In this document: positions 18,699-28,362 of the stretch, piece after piece
Layout: every line of letters starts with the position of its first letter
Numbering within the stretch: position 1 is the stretch's first letter
NCBI GenBank assembly: GCA_016198585.1
Contig: JACQII010000016.1
Span: 88,932-152,931, forward strand
Direction of reading: 5' to 3'
Source of the DNA: Candidatus Aenigmatarchaeota archaeon
Lineage (GTDB): Archaea; Aenigmatarchaeota; Aenigmatarchaeia; QMZP01
Length of the DNA: 64,000 nt
Notes under the pieces: generated by a model
What the model saw: the letters and a program-made list of their open reading frames with translations, nothing else
Told to the model about the DNA's origin: nothing
The model's database searches: none
Translations under genes and position numbers: made by a program

Positions 18699-21005
18699 TC
18701 AGAACCCTCCGCAGTCCGCGCACTCCGAGCATTCGCCCGGATCGCAGACCCCGTTGTTGAGGCAGCCCGAGCAGGCATTGCCGCCGCCGAAGCCCTCACC
18801 CTCGAACCCACCGCCCTCGCCAAAGCTGCCCGGAGGCGGTCCGAATCCGTCGTCCTCGAAACCCGGCGGGGGACCGAAGTCCTGGCCCTCTCCCTGGAAT
18901 CCCTGGTCGCCACCAGGACCGCCCGGTCCGTGGCCGCCGAAGATCTGGGCCAGCTTCTGGCAGAGCGGGAAATTCCCTGGCTTGAAGCACGCCTCGGCGC
19001 AGCTCTGCTGGTCCGTGCACCCGAGCTCCTGCATGATGGTCTGGGCCTCAGGAGGGGCGGCGCTCGCGAAGTTCCCGGTGCGGATCGCGTCGGCCATCGG
19101 GCCCACGCAGTTCCACTCGTCCATGGTTTGGGGGCCGGGGCCTTCCTCGCCCACCTGCATGCCCTTGGAGAAGTCGGCGATCTTGCACTCCATGGCGAAG
19201 TCCGGCTTCTCGGTCATCACCGCTTTCATGATGCAGCGACCCTGATCGTCGACGCCTTCGAGGCGGACTTCGACATTGTCGTCCGGCTGGAACGCGGCCG
19301 GTTCGCAGATGCGGAACGCCTTCTCGAAGGCCACGAAATCGTCGGTCTCCTCGACCCGTCCCTCCTCGAAGCTGCTGACGGCCTCCTCGCTCGAACTGAG
19401 CATGACATAGAGGATGTCCTTGAGGGTGACTTCCTTGAGGTGAGCGAGACCGCGCTTGAACTCCTCGATGTCTCCGGTGGTGAGGTCGTTCAGCTGCTGG
19501 CGGAGCCGGTCCTTGATCTGGTTGACCTCGTCCTTCGCATCGGTGAACATGGACGCGACCCGCCGGAAGCGGTTCTCGTCGGCCGAGCCGACCGAGGCAT
19601 AGTAGTCGGCGAGGGCGGTCGACTTCCGGGAGAGCTCGTCGATCTCCTTGATCAGCGCCTCCAGCTTGAAAGCGATCCCGAGCAAGGCAGAGGTCTCGGG
19701 AACCTTGTCGACCTTCTTGTATTCGACCCGGTTCGGATCGCCGCGGCGGATGCATTCGGAGAATGCCATGCACCCGCGGCCATCCTGCTGGACGACCAGT
19801 TCACCGCCTTCCTTCTCGCAGTGGGCATAGGCCTCCTCGGGCAGGGAACGCTGGCAGAACGGTTCCTCTTCGCAGCGCACGATCTTGCAGCCGCTGTCAT
19901 CATAATCAGGCCGGGGATAGCGCCCTTGGTCACTGCATTCTTTCGCCTCGGCCCGCACATCCTCGCACACTTGGCCGTGCTCGATGCACTTGCCGATCTT
20001 GCAGCCACCCTCGAAGACGATCTTCCCCTCGAGGCCGAGCTCGCTGCAGGCGTGCAGCTTGGTCTCGATGGCTTCGGGAGCCGGGCACTCGGGCTGCGGG
20101 CCGAAGAAACTGCGCTGCTCCTGGAAGGCGCATTCGACGATCTCACAGCCCTGGGAGTCGGTCCTAGCCTCGGGCCGGCCGCCTTCCTCCAGGCAGCGCT
20201 TCACCCGGTCGGCCGGCACAGCTGCACAGGATGACTTCTCGTTCTCGCAGAAGACGTGGGTGTAGCCGGACTCGTCCACCTGCTTGACACATTCGCCAGG
20301 CAGCGGACACTGACAGGAGCAGAAGTTGTCCTGCTTCTCGCAGGCCACCGTGCTGCCGTCCGGGCAGGAGATCTGGTCTGGGCACGAAAGAGTAGGAGGG
20401 GCGTCGCTGCACGGGCACGGACCTTTGCACTCGATGCCCGAGCCGGCCACGTCAGCCTCGCAACTGTTGCCGTAGGTCTGGCCGTTCTTGCCGCACACCG
20501 GCTCGTAGACCTCCGGGCAATCTCCTGGACAGTCGCTCAGGCAGGTTTCTTTCTCGCCGTCCTCGCAGATCCCATTCCCGCAGGCCGACGCGCTCGTTGT
20601 GGAGGTAGAGGGTGTGCAGTCGCTCGGGCACGTCTCCTTTTCGCTGTCGCTCGCGCAGATACCATCGCCGCAGGTGATCAGCGGCCCGGTCGAGGAGCCG
20701 CCGCCTGACCCGGTGTCGGAGCCGCCGCCGGAACCACCACCCGAGGATGGGCAGGAGGGCGTGCAGGACGAGCAGGTCCCGCCGCTGCAGGCGTTCTCGC
20801 AGGAGACAGTCGTCCCGTCCGCGCAGGTGATCGTCGTGGGCGAGCAGCTCACGCCCGCGCAGGGGTCAGTCGGACAGTCTGCGGGGCAGCTCTCCTTCTC
20901 GCCATCACCGCAGCTCCCGTCACCGCAGGTCTGGGCCGCGGCCAGAGTGGGAAGTGCCAGAATCAGGACTGCCGAGAGCAGGATCAGGCCGAGGGCGGCT
21001 CTCAT
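18699..21005 (-). CDS. Large secreted Cys-rich surface protein with CGDGxC repeats and a Kazal-type domain
   Basis: Signal peptide; 3x CG[DN]GxC..EKE[ST]CxxDC; Kazal CPEVYEPVCGKNGQTYGNSCEA; coiled-coil middle; Gly/Phe/Pro-rich tail. Confidence 0.85.
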   Translation of the reverse strand: MRAALGLILLSAVLILALPTLAAAQTCGDGSCGDGEKESCPADCPTDPCAGVSCSPTTITCADGTTVSCENACSGGTCSSCTPSCPSSGGGSGGGSDTGSGGGSSTGPLITCGDGICASDSEKETCPSDCTPSTSTTSASACGNGICEDGEKETCLSDCPGDCPEVYEPVCGKNGQTYGNSCEADVAGSGIECKGPCPCSDAPPTLSCPDQISCPDGSTVACEKQDNFCSCQCPLPGECVKQVDESGYTHVFCENEKSSCAAVPADRVKRCLEEGGRPEARTDSQGCEIVECAFQEQRSFFGPQPECPAPEAIETKLHACSELGLEGKIVFEGGCKIGKCIEHGQVCEDVRAEAKECSDQGRYPRPDYDDSGCKIVRCEEEPFCQRSLPEEAYAHCEKEGGELVVQQDGRGCMAFSECIRRGDPNRVEYKKVDKVPETSALLGIAFKLEALIKEIDELSRKSTALADYYASVGSADENRFRRVASMFTDAKDEVNQIKDRLRQQLNDLTTGDIEEFKRGLAHLKEVTLKDILYVMLSSSEEAVSSFEEGRVEETDDFVAFEKAFRICEPAAFQPDDNVEVRLEGVDDQGRCIMKAVMTEKPDFAMECKIADFSKGMQVGEEGPGPQTMDEWNCVGPMADAIRTGNFASAAPPEAQTIMQELGCTDQQSCAEACFKPGNFPLCQKLAQIFGGHGPGGPGGDQGFQGEGQDFGPPPGFEDDGFGPPPGSFGEGGGFEGEGFGGGNACSGCLNNGVCDPGECSECADCGGF

Positions 21006-21087
21006 GCCATATACTATTGCCGCGTTTCCTTATATAGCCGGTGAGATCGACCCGCAGGGCATTTATGTCCTTCTGCCGAGTAAGCGC

Positions 21088-22407
21088 ATGACCCCGGCCC
21101 AGATCCTCGCGTACTATGCGCGGGAGGACGTGCAGCAGGCCCTGGTGGACGCGGGCCGCGACCGGGAGGTGGTGGGCGTCTTCAAGACCGGCGCCTTCGG
21201 CACGCGGCCGAACATGCTCCTCTACCCCGGCGACGTGCTCGCGCAGGCGCGCGCGGGCGCGATCGAGTTCCACTGCTCGCTCGAGCGCTGGGAACGGCCG
21301 ATGCTGCTCCAGACCGAGGAGCGGAAGGGCTTTGACCTGGTCTTCGACCTGGACGGCAAGGACGTCGAGCACGGGAAAGCAGCTGCGCAGGCGCTGGTCA
21401 CCGCTCTGGAGCGGCATGGCATCCGCCATGTCTCGGTGAAGTTCTCCGGGAACCGGGGGTTCCACCTTGGGATTCCCTGGGAGTCCATCCCCAAGGAGGT
21501 CGGCCTGGTGCCGACAGCCCGGCTGTTCCCCGATGCTGCCAGGAAGGTCTCCCTGTACCTCCGCGAGTCGATCCGCGACGACCTGACTGCGCGCCTCCTG
21601 AAGCGCTGGACAGTCGAGCAGCTGGAGGAGATCGCCGGCAGGCCGGTCGCCACCAAGGAGGGCATCGATCCGTTCAAGGTCGTCGACATCGACCCGATCC
21701 TCATCTCCCCGCGCCACCTCTACCGCATGCCCTACTCCTTGAACAAGAAGTCGTTCCTGGTCTCGCTCCCGTTGCGGGCGCGCGACCTCGAGGGGTTCGA
21801 GAAGTCCCAGGCCGACCCTGCAACGGTCCAGGTCAGCGCCCGCTTCCTGGAACGAGGGGAAGAGGGCGAGGCCGACGCGCTCTTCGCGGAAGGACTGGAC
21901 TGGTTCGCGAAACGGAAGCAGGAGCAGCGCAAGCCAGGAGGGAAGCGGACCGGCCTCACGAAGAAGGTCCCGGAATCCATGTTCCCGCCCTGCATGAAGA
22001 CCATCCTCCTCGGGATCCGGGACGGCAAACGCAGGTCCGTGTTCGCGCTGGTCAACTTCCTCTCGGCCATGAAGTGGAGCTGGGAGGACATCGAAGTCGG
22101 CCTCCTCGCGTGGAACCGCAAGAACACGCCGCCACTCCAGGAGACGTACCTCACCCAGCAGCTGCGCTACTACCGGGACAAGAAGAAGTTCCCGCCCCCG
22201 AACTGCACCCAGGAAGGCTGGTACGACGCCATGGGGGTCTGCGCGCCCGACAAGGTCTGCGTCGCCCGGGAGAACATCAAGAACCCGGTCAACTACCCGT
22301 TTCGCATCCTGCGCGCCCGGGCGCGCGACGCCCGCCAGGCCCCCAAGCGGCCCACCCGCGAGCCGCAGGGGCCGCGCGCCGAGCGGGACGAGCGCGAGCC
22401 GCTCTAG
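21088..22407 (+). CDS. Fused PriS-PriL DNA primase
   Basis: DLVFDLD and FSGNRGFH (PriS), RMPYSLN, then FPPC..PPPNC..C..C (PriL Fe-S domain) in one chain. Confidence 0.9.
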   Translation: MTPAQILAYYAREDVQQALVDAGRDREVVGVFKTGAFGTRPNMLLYPGDVLAQARAGAIEFHCSLERWERPMLLQTEERKGFDLVFDLDGKDVEHGKAAAQALVTALERHGIRHVSVKFSGNRGFHLGIPWESIPKEVGLVPTARLFPDAARKVSLYLRESIRDDLTARLLKRWTVEQLEEIAGRPVATKEGIDPFKVVDIDPILISPRHLYRMPYSLNKKSFLVSLPLRARDLEGFEKSQADPATVQVSARFLERGEEGEADALFAEGLDWFAKRKQEQRKPGGKRTGLTKKVPESMFPPCMKTILLGIRDGKRRSVFALVNFLSAMKWSWEDIEVGLLAWNRKNTPPLQETYLTQQLRYYRDKKKFPPPNCTQEGWYDAMGVCAPDKVCVARENIKNPVNYPFRILRARARDARQAPKRPTREPQGPRAERDEREPL

Positions 22408-22450
22408 TCCTTCCCCGCACCCCCGGAGGGTAGGCATTGCGAAGAAGGTT

Positions 22451-23731
22451 TCAGAGATTCCCCACGACGCGAGCAGCCTCTATCTGGTCAAGTGAAAAGT
22501 CACCTACCAAGGGCAGAGACACGACGGCATGGGTTCGCGTATCGATAATCGCCATCTTCACTGGACTACTGGTGCCGTAATAATACGCGAAGAGGGATCC
22601 ATCCTTTGACAGTGCATTGTCCTGAGACCATCCCCCCGACTGGGCTTCAAGGGGGAGGGGGAAATGCATGAACGAGCAGCTTGACACGTTGACTTCATTG
22701 AAACCGAACGAGCCTTCCGCATACGCCCGTTCACCATTCGGGCTGAAGTGGAAATAGCCGAGTTGCGTGTCAGGGATGAGCGTTTGGCAGAGTGTGGCCG
22801 CACCCTTCACCACGGTTACCATGTTGTGTGTAAGGTTCTCTACCCGGGCCATGACGAGTGTGTCCGTGCGATCACGGTGAGCGAATGTTTTGAGATAGTT
22901 GCTTCCTATGTCGATATCCGTGTACGTCAGGTTGCTATACCCGCGGCGAAGGGCAATGGTGTATGGGGGATGAAAGGAGGACTGCCCGGCGAAGCCGGAG
23001 TCCGTGATGCCCCAATAGGCGCCTGTGGTGGTCGCGGTGAGCCAGCCGATGGTGTGGAGCGTCTTGTCCGGTCCGGTCGAGAGCTCAAATCCCGCCGGTA
23101 TCTGACCGAGGGACGTGAGTGTGTCCAGGTCAATCACGTGGACCGCATTTTGGATTCCTCCTGTCAGGACGTACACCGTTGTTCCGTCCGGGGAGATGGA
23201 CATCATTGCGGACCCGGGAACGGTCAACGTGGCTGCCACGGTGTTCAGCCTAAGGGCATAGAGCAGCAAAGTCGAGGGGCTCGCGAGTGCAACGAGGTAC
23301 TTCCCATCAGGGGTGACCTCAAGCCCGATGATGGTGCCGGTGGCAGGGGGCAATGTCCCGACGAGCTGGAAGGCCCGCGTATCGATGATCGCGATTTCCC
23401 CGAACCCTTGGCTCACGTAGGCGATGTCTCGGAATGGGTGTGCCTCTACTCTGCCTATTGATCCCATGCTGGTTATTCCCGACGGAATGAAAACAGCAGA
23501 GAGGTTGGGGTCAGGATACACCACAAAGAGCCCACGCTGCCCACCCATCATTCCTGACTTGATGAAATAGGTCGGCAGATCAAATGGCGTCTTCCCCGCA
23601 AGGCCGTTGTTGGGTGAGATGCTGATGGAAGGGGGGAACATTGCGAGTGCTTTTCCCACGTGAGGGAGGGTAGACGTGACAATCAGCGCCATCGCTAAGG
23701 AGATAACGATGAATGCATAGCGGGAAACCAT
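22451..23731 (-). CDS. Secreted YVTN/YncE-like beta-propeller protein
   Basis: Signal peptide; blades VTPDGKYL, ISPDGTTVYV, FSPNGERAY, LSKDGSL; repeated IIDT; lower GC than flanks. Confidence 0.8.
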   Translation of the reverse strand: MVSRYAFIVISLAMALIVTSTLPHVGKALAMFPPSISISPNNGLAGKTPFDLPTYFIKSGMMGGQRGLFVVYPDPNLSAVFIPSGITSMGSIGRVEAHPFRDIAYVSQGFGEIAIIDTRAFQLVGTLPPATGTIIGLEVTPDGKYLVALASPSTLLLYALRLNTVAATLTVPGSAMMSISPDGTTVYVLTGGIQNAVHVIDLDTLTSLGQIPAGFELSTGPDKTLHTIGWLTATTTGAYWGITDSGFAGQSSFHPPYTIALRRGYSNLTYTDIDIGSNYLKTFAHRDRTDTLVMARVENLTHNMVTVVKGAATLCQTLIPDTQLGYFHFSPNGERAYAEGSFGFNEVNVSSCSFMHFPLPLEAQSGGWSQDNALSKDGSLFAYYYGTSSPVKMAIIDTRTHAVVSLPLVGDFSLDQIEAARVVGNL

Positions 23732-23861
23732 GCAGATCTATAAGATGTTAGTTTTTTAAACCTGGACTGCAGACTTCACTTTTTTCACAATTACGCGCCC
23801 TCCTGAAGACTGCGGCAAACGGTCGCACCAGACTCCCGTCTCCAGATAAAGGCTGCGCACG

Positions 23862-24617
23862 TTAGGCCTGCGCGAGCTCCCGCGCGCGCTCCTTGACGCG
23901 GAGCGGCGGCGCCGCGGGCTCGTAGAGACGGCCAAGCAGCCAGTCTGCGTATTCGGTGAATTCGTTGAGCACCTCACCGGCTCCCCGGGCCTTCAGGCCG
24001 TACTCGACCGCCGCGCGGTCCCCGTCTGTCCCCGGCCGGCCGATGCACCGGATCGCGCCGTCGACCTGCCGCAGGAGGATGAACTCTTTCTCCTTGTCGG
24101 GAGGGGGGTTCCAGCGCCATTCGCGAAGCAGCAACGAGCGGCCATGCTCGCCGTGGCCTTCCTCGTCGGCGACCATCCCCTCGGCTGCCCCAGCATATGC
24201 CCACAGAGGACAATAGGGTGGGCTTCGTGCGGTCCTCGCAACATTGCGCAGCACGAGGAGACCCGCGTAGTCGTTCAGTGCCTGGGCCAGCAGGAACTCG
24301 ATCCAGCTCCCGGGCGGCGGGATGCCGTCCGGGCCTTTCACCATGCGCTCCACGACCCCGGGCACGATGTCCATCCTGACGTGGCCGGAGATGTAGTAAT
24401 CGCGGGCATGCGCGTATTCCCAGTCGACTCGCAAGCAGCGTTCGTAGTGCTGCATCTCCTCCACCAAGACCTGCTGCACATGTGCGCGATCCTCGGGCAA
24501 CGGGGCCATCTCCAAGACGGGCCGGTAGGCTTCCGTCGCCCAGAGCTCGCGGTAGGCGTGGCTGACCAGCATCTTCCGCTGCAGGTTCGCCATGTGCGCT
24601 ATACGCTCAGGATCCAT
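23862..24617 (-). CDS. Ferritin-like di-iron protein (PaaA/PaaC-like)
   Basis: Two ExxH motifs (EEMQH, EEGH) with upstream E/D ligands; MAP and SWIEF motifs as in PaaA-type proteins. Confidence 0.7.
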   Translation of the reverse strand: MDPERIAHMANLQRKMLVSHAYRELWATEAYRPVLEMAPLPEDRAHVQQVLVEEMQHYERCLRVDWEYAHARDYYISGHVRMDIVPGVVERMVKGPDGIPPPGSWIEFLLAQALNDYAGLLVLRNVARTARSPPYCPLWAYAGAAEGMVADEEGHGEHGRSLLLREWRWNPPPDKEKEFILLRQVDGAIRCIGRPGTDGDRAAVEYGLKARGAGEVLNEFTEYADWLLGRLYEPAAPPLRVKERARELAQA

Positions 24618-24650
24618 ACTGATGGGGACGCAGCATAGCTTTTATATCTT

Positions 24651-24672
24651 TGTCGTCAAGAAGATAACGACA
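24651..24672. promoter_or_regulatory. Palindromic operator TGTCGT-N10-ACGACA
   Basis: tgtcgt-caagaagata-acgaca between the TATA (tttata ~24641) and the TrmB ATG. Confidence 0.65.
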
Positions 24673-24675
24673 ATT

Positions 24676-25398
24676 ATGGAAAATGGGCTGCGCGCGGCCG
24701 GACTGACGGAGCGGGAGGCGAAGGTCTACCTCGCGCTGCTCCGGCGGGGGCCTTCCGCCGTGCACGAGATCGCGGAGGAAGCCGGGATCTACCGGACGTA
24801 CGCATACGAGGTCCTCCGTTCGCTCCGACGGAAAGGCCTGGTCTCCTCCCTCGCAAAGGATGGGAGGCGCTGTGTTGAAGCCGCTGACCCGGAGAAACTG
24901 CTGAGCGCCATGAAGGAGCGGGAAGCCCAGGTGCGGGCAGCCATGCCCGCCCTGCGGCAACTCTCCCGCTCTCTCCCCCAGAAGCCCCGCATCGCGGTCT
25001 TCGAAGGGAAGGAGGGGCTGAGAACGATCCTCGACGACATCATCCGGACCGGCCAGGACATCATGGTCATCGGTTCCACCGCGCGGCAGTTGGAGGTCCT
25101 CCACCACTCCTTCCCGGCCTTCATACGGCAGCGGGTGAAGGCCGGCCTGCAGACGAGGGTCATCACGGAGCGATCGCGCCTCACCCTCGCGAAGCAAAGG
25201 CAAGGCCGCGCCGAACTGCGGGAGGTGCGCTTCTTCCCCCGTGACACCGACTTCCCCGTCGCCGTCAACATCTACGGGAGGAAGGTGGCGATGCTTGCGA
25301 TGGGCAGGAACCCTGTCGGCATCATCATCGAGGACGAGGGGATCGCGAAGGCCCACGCATTCATGTTCAGCATGCTCTGGGGGAGCGCAGAGAGGTAG
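24676..25398 (+). CDS. TrmB-family transcriptional regulator
   Basis: GLTEREAKVYLALL...AYEVLRSLRRKGLV; VFEGKEGL; FSMLW. Confidence 0.9.
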   Translation: MENGLRAAGLTEREAKVYLALLRRGPSAVHEIAEEAGIYRTYAYEVLRSLRRKGLVSSLAKDGRRCVEAADPEKLLSAMKEREAQVRAAMPALRQLSRSLPQKPRIAVFEGKEGLRTILDDIIRTGQDIMVIGSTARQLEVLHHSFPAFIRQRVKAGLQTRVITERSRLTLAKQRQGRAELREVRFFPRDTDFPVAVNIYGRKVAMLAMGRNPVGIIIEDEGIAKAHAFMFSMLWGSAER

Positions 25399-25435
25399 CG
25401 GAACCCCTTTTAAAGCTCCGATTCAATCCCACATC

Positions 25436-25909
25436 ATGCTCACCTACGATGTGCTGCGGTCCTTCCTGGACCAGGAGAAGGCCGCGACCGGGCTGGTGCG
25501 GCTGCCGGACGATTTCTTCGACCAGGTTGCCGCATACTTCCGCGGCAAGGCCGACCTCCAGCGGGATGCAGACGCAGCAAAGCGGCTGCTGCTGGACCTG
25601 CTCGAGGTCCGCGAGCGCAAGCTGCTGACGGCGGCCGTGTTCGCCGTCCGCTCAGGAGTGGAGCCGGACGTGCTCCCCGAGGAGAAGGCCTTCCTCTCCG
25701 CGCTCCGCGAAGCTGTCCAGACCTTCGGCGACAAGAAGAAGTTCCTCCTCGCCGGCGGCCAGGTGGAGGTCCTCCAACCGGTTCCCGCCTTCCTGGGGAC
25801 GGACCTGAAGACGTACGGCCCGCTCGAGCCCGGCCAAGTCGTCGCGCTCCCGCCCCAGGTCGCGAGCCTGCTCGTGGAGAAGGGCGCAGCGAAGCCGGCC
25901 GGCGCGTAA
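25436..25909 (+). CDS. GINS complex subunit (Gins51-like)
   Basis: EK..LVRLPDDFF, RERKLL, PEEK, C-terminal B-domain VPAFLGTDLKTYGPL. Confidence 0.85.
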   Translation: MLTYDVLRSFLDQEKAATGLVRLPDDFFDQVAAYFRGKADLQRDADAAKRLLLDLLEVRERKLLTAAVFAVRSGVEPDVLPEEKAFLSALREAVQTFGDKKKFLLAGGQVEVLQPVPAFLGTDLKTYGPLEPGQVVALPPQVASLLVEKGAAKPAGA

Positions 25910-25913
25910 CCCG

Positions 25914-26315
25914 CTACGTGATCTCGTCGAGCGCGCGGTTCACGAGAGCATCAGCCCGTCGGATCATCGGATGCGTGCGCACCACGTGCCGGTAGGCGAT
26001 CGACCCGAACGACCGCTCCCGTTCCTTCAGCTCGGCATGCAGCTTCTTCAGGCCCGGGTCGCGGATCCGGTACGCTCCGGTCACCTGGCGCACGACCAGC
26101 TCGCTGTCCATGGTGCAGACGACTGAACTCCCATAGCGCCGCGCGAGCTCGAGGGCCTTCAGCAGGGCCCGGTACTCGGCCTGGTTGTTCGTCGCGCGGC
26201 CGATGCGCTCCTTGTGCTCGAGGATGATGCGGTCGCCGTCGGCGATGACGACGCCGATCGCCGCTGGGCCGGGATTGCCCCGCGATCCGCCGTCCGAGTA
26301 GGAAAAGAGGGTCAC
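25914..26315 (-). CDS. rnhA: Ribonuclease HI
   Basis: DGGSRGNPG, TNNQAEY, DSELVVRQ, ADALVNRALD. Confidence 0.93.
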   Translation of the reverse strand: MTLFSYSDGGSRGNPGPAAIGVVIADGDRIILEHKERIGRATNNQAEYRALLKALELARRYGSSVVCTMDSELVVRQVTGAYRIRDPGLKKLHAELKERERSFGSIAYRHVVRTHPMIRRADALVNRALDEIT

Positions 26316-26368
26316 AGTCTTCTGTTAGTTCCGGCGGCTTTTAAGCGTCATTTTTTTCTCTGTTCTCG

Positions 26369-26833
26369 TTAGAGGTCATGAGCAATGAGGGTGTAGACGA
26401 GTATACTCTCCGCGATCGGAGGTGCCTCGCACAGGAAGCCGACATAGGGTAGGCCGCCTTCCCCGTAGATGACGCTCCGCATCGGACACTGCATTCTCTT
26501 TTCAAGGCCTTCTTCCGAGAAGGGGGTCGCCGCTTCGCCGATCACGGTTGCGGTGGTGACATAGAACGGCTCCAAGACGCGGAAGCTCGTGTTTTGCCCG
26601 TCCGGGCACCAGCCGACGTTCCCCACTCCCTCCACGAACGTGCACTCCTCTGCCGCGATGACGACGTGCAGGACCTCGGGCTGGCTATCCAGCAGCAGCT
26701 GCAGGCTCCCGATCGCGTCCCAGAGGGAGGCAAGCTGCATCCGCACCCAGCTGTCAGGGGCGGCCTGGGCCACCGAGAGCAGGCCCGCGAAGACTATGAC
26801 CACGGCGCCAAGGACGACGAAGGTCTTGTGCAT
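26369..26833 (-). CDS. Secreted hypothetical protein
   Basis: Signal peptide ending AQA; 4 Cys; TATA-like tttaaa upstream. Confidence 0.7.
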   Translation of the reverse strand: MHKTFVVLGAVVIVFAGLLSVAQAAPDSWVRMQLASLWDAIGSLQLLLDSQPEVLHVVIAAEECTFVEGVGNVGWCPDGQNTSFRVLEPFYVTTATVIGEAATPFSEEGLEKRMQCPMRSVIYGEGGLPYVGFLCEAPPIAESILVYTLIAHDL

Positions 26834-26916
26834 ACTCCTCCTGGGAAACTGGATTTAAAAGCCTGGATGTCAGAGGGGAGGGGCAATGGTTTTAATTCTT
26901 TAAGCCAATTGTTGGC

Positions 26917-28179
26917 ATGGTCGTAAGTAGTAATAAGCACCTCTGGACTTTACCTATCTTGTTCTTCTTTCTAGTAATACCAACCGCACAAGGAAGTTGG
27001 GTTGGTGTTCATCCTTCTGGGAATTTTAGTGTCGATTTTCCGTTCTGGGAAGCGGTCAGAATAGTACAGTGGAAGGATGAAAGCACTCTAGACAGGACCA
27101 ATTATCAAGATTTGTTGGTTGCTGCAGAATTCGAACTACAAATTAATAGGAACTTATCAGGAGGGAAGGTAAACATAACATATTACACGTTGGAGGCTTC
27201 AAGGAATAATGACGCTACTAATTTTATATCCAAGGTCTGCAGCGACAGATATTGCAATCATACCATTTTTTCTGGGAGTTCAGTATCGATAGGCAGCAAT
27301 ATCTTTACATTTACTCTGCCTATACCTGAGCTGGAATCAGACACCGTTTTTAATGTTTTCATTGAGTACAGAATTCCTAATTTTATCGAGAAGAAAGGAA
27401 TATACTATGTAGCAAAGTTTAACGCCGTGTGCCAGACTATCGATTTCTGCCCACCTGAGCATACGATGATGCGAACATTCATAATACCATACGAAGATAC
27501 AATCATAGAGAAATTGATACCCGAGAGTATCGAGTCGGCTACCTTTCATGAGAAAGATGAGCAGTACCTGACATTTTCAGAAAGTTATAAAGAGATATGG
27601 TTTTCAAGAATCTCAGAAACCAATTTTTGGTTGCCTTTCCTTTGGCAGTTCTTGGGGGCAGTATTGGGCGCCTTTCTAGCTATTTTGGCAGCCGAAAGTT
27701 GGAAATTCGTTAGAAGAAGAGGATCAAAGATACCGCAGGAGAAAGTCGCAAGAAAGAGTACAGATATGAGAAATCCGAGGGTTAGTAGAAACGACGATAA
27801 ACGTTTTTTGATAAAAGTATATCAGAATAATAGAGATTATCACGCAACGATGGCAACTCAAGGTCTTACAATACTACTTACACTTGCAACATTAATTGTT
27901 GCCATTCTTACTCTCATCAATGTTGCTTATTCATCTGTCGTTAGCCCATGGCTAAGCACATGGTTCCCTATCATGAATCTTGTCATCGTTGCTGCCATTA
28001 TAATAACTTGGATATATGTCTACAAGGTCAGAATTTCGCCTGATAAACGGAGTGCATCGAACTTTCATCTACAGTATAAAATATTTTTATCAGAACTCTA
28101 CCCTCGTCTTTTTCAGCTGTCAGAGAATGACAACAAAAGGATATATGACAGGGAGTTGCGAAAAAAACCAAACTTCTAA
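26917..28179 (+). CDS. AT-rich membrane protein (signal peptide, ectodomain, 3 TM)
   Basis: 420-aa ORF, strongly AT-rich relative to the window, next to the tRNA-Gly 3' end. Confidence 0.75.
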   Translation: MVVSSNKHLWTLPILFFFLVIPTAQGSWVGVHPSGNFSVDFPFWEAVRIVQWKDESTLDRTNYQDLLVAAEFELQINRNLSGGKVNITYYTLEASRNNDATNFISKVCSDRYCNHTIFSGSSVSIGSNIFTFTLPIPELESDTVFNVFIEYRIPNFIEKKGIYYVAKFNAVCQTIDFCPPEHTMMRTFIIPYEDTIIEKLIPESIESATFHEKDEQYLTFSESYKEIWFSRISETNFWLPFLWQFLGAVLGAFLAILAAESWKFVRRRGSKIPQEKVARKSTDMRNPRVSRNDDKRFLIKVYQNNRDYHATMATQGLTILLTLATLIVAILTLINVAYSSVVSPWLSTWFPIMNLVIVAAIIITWIYVYKVRISPDKRSASNFHLQYKIFLSELYPRLFQLSENDNKRIYDRELRKKPNF

Positions 28180-28240
28180 TCCGATCATTCAAGCCGAGGA
28201 TCAATTGTTGAACTTGTCTTGATGTGGTGGTTCGAATGGA

Positions 28241-28354
28241 TGCGTCGGGCGAGAGTCGAACTCGCGTTACAGCCTATTTGCCCGGCGTTTCTGGGTGCAG
28301 CCTCTTTTGAAGAGGTGCTGGCAAGGCCGCGTACTACCACTATACTACCGACGC
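28241..28354 (-). tRNA. tRNA-Gly(GCC) with a 43-nt intron at 37/38 (28276-28318)
   Basis: GCGTCGG/CCGACGC acceptor stem, AGTGGTA D-loop, CGGCC-TTGCCA^A-GGCTG, GCGAG-TTCGACT-CTCGC; central splice helix TTGC/GCAA with a 3-nt bulge. Confidence 0.93.
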
Positions 28355-28362
28355 GTCGCGGG

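Noticed and set aside
26840-26916. att-site duplication of the tRNA-Gly 3' end
   Set aside because: Only a weak ggatg..gag resemblance; no convincing direct repeat and no integrase.
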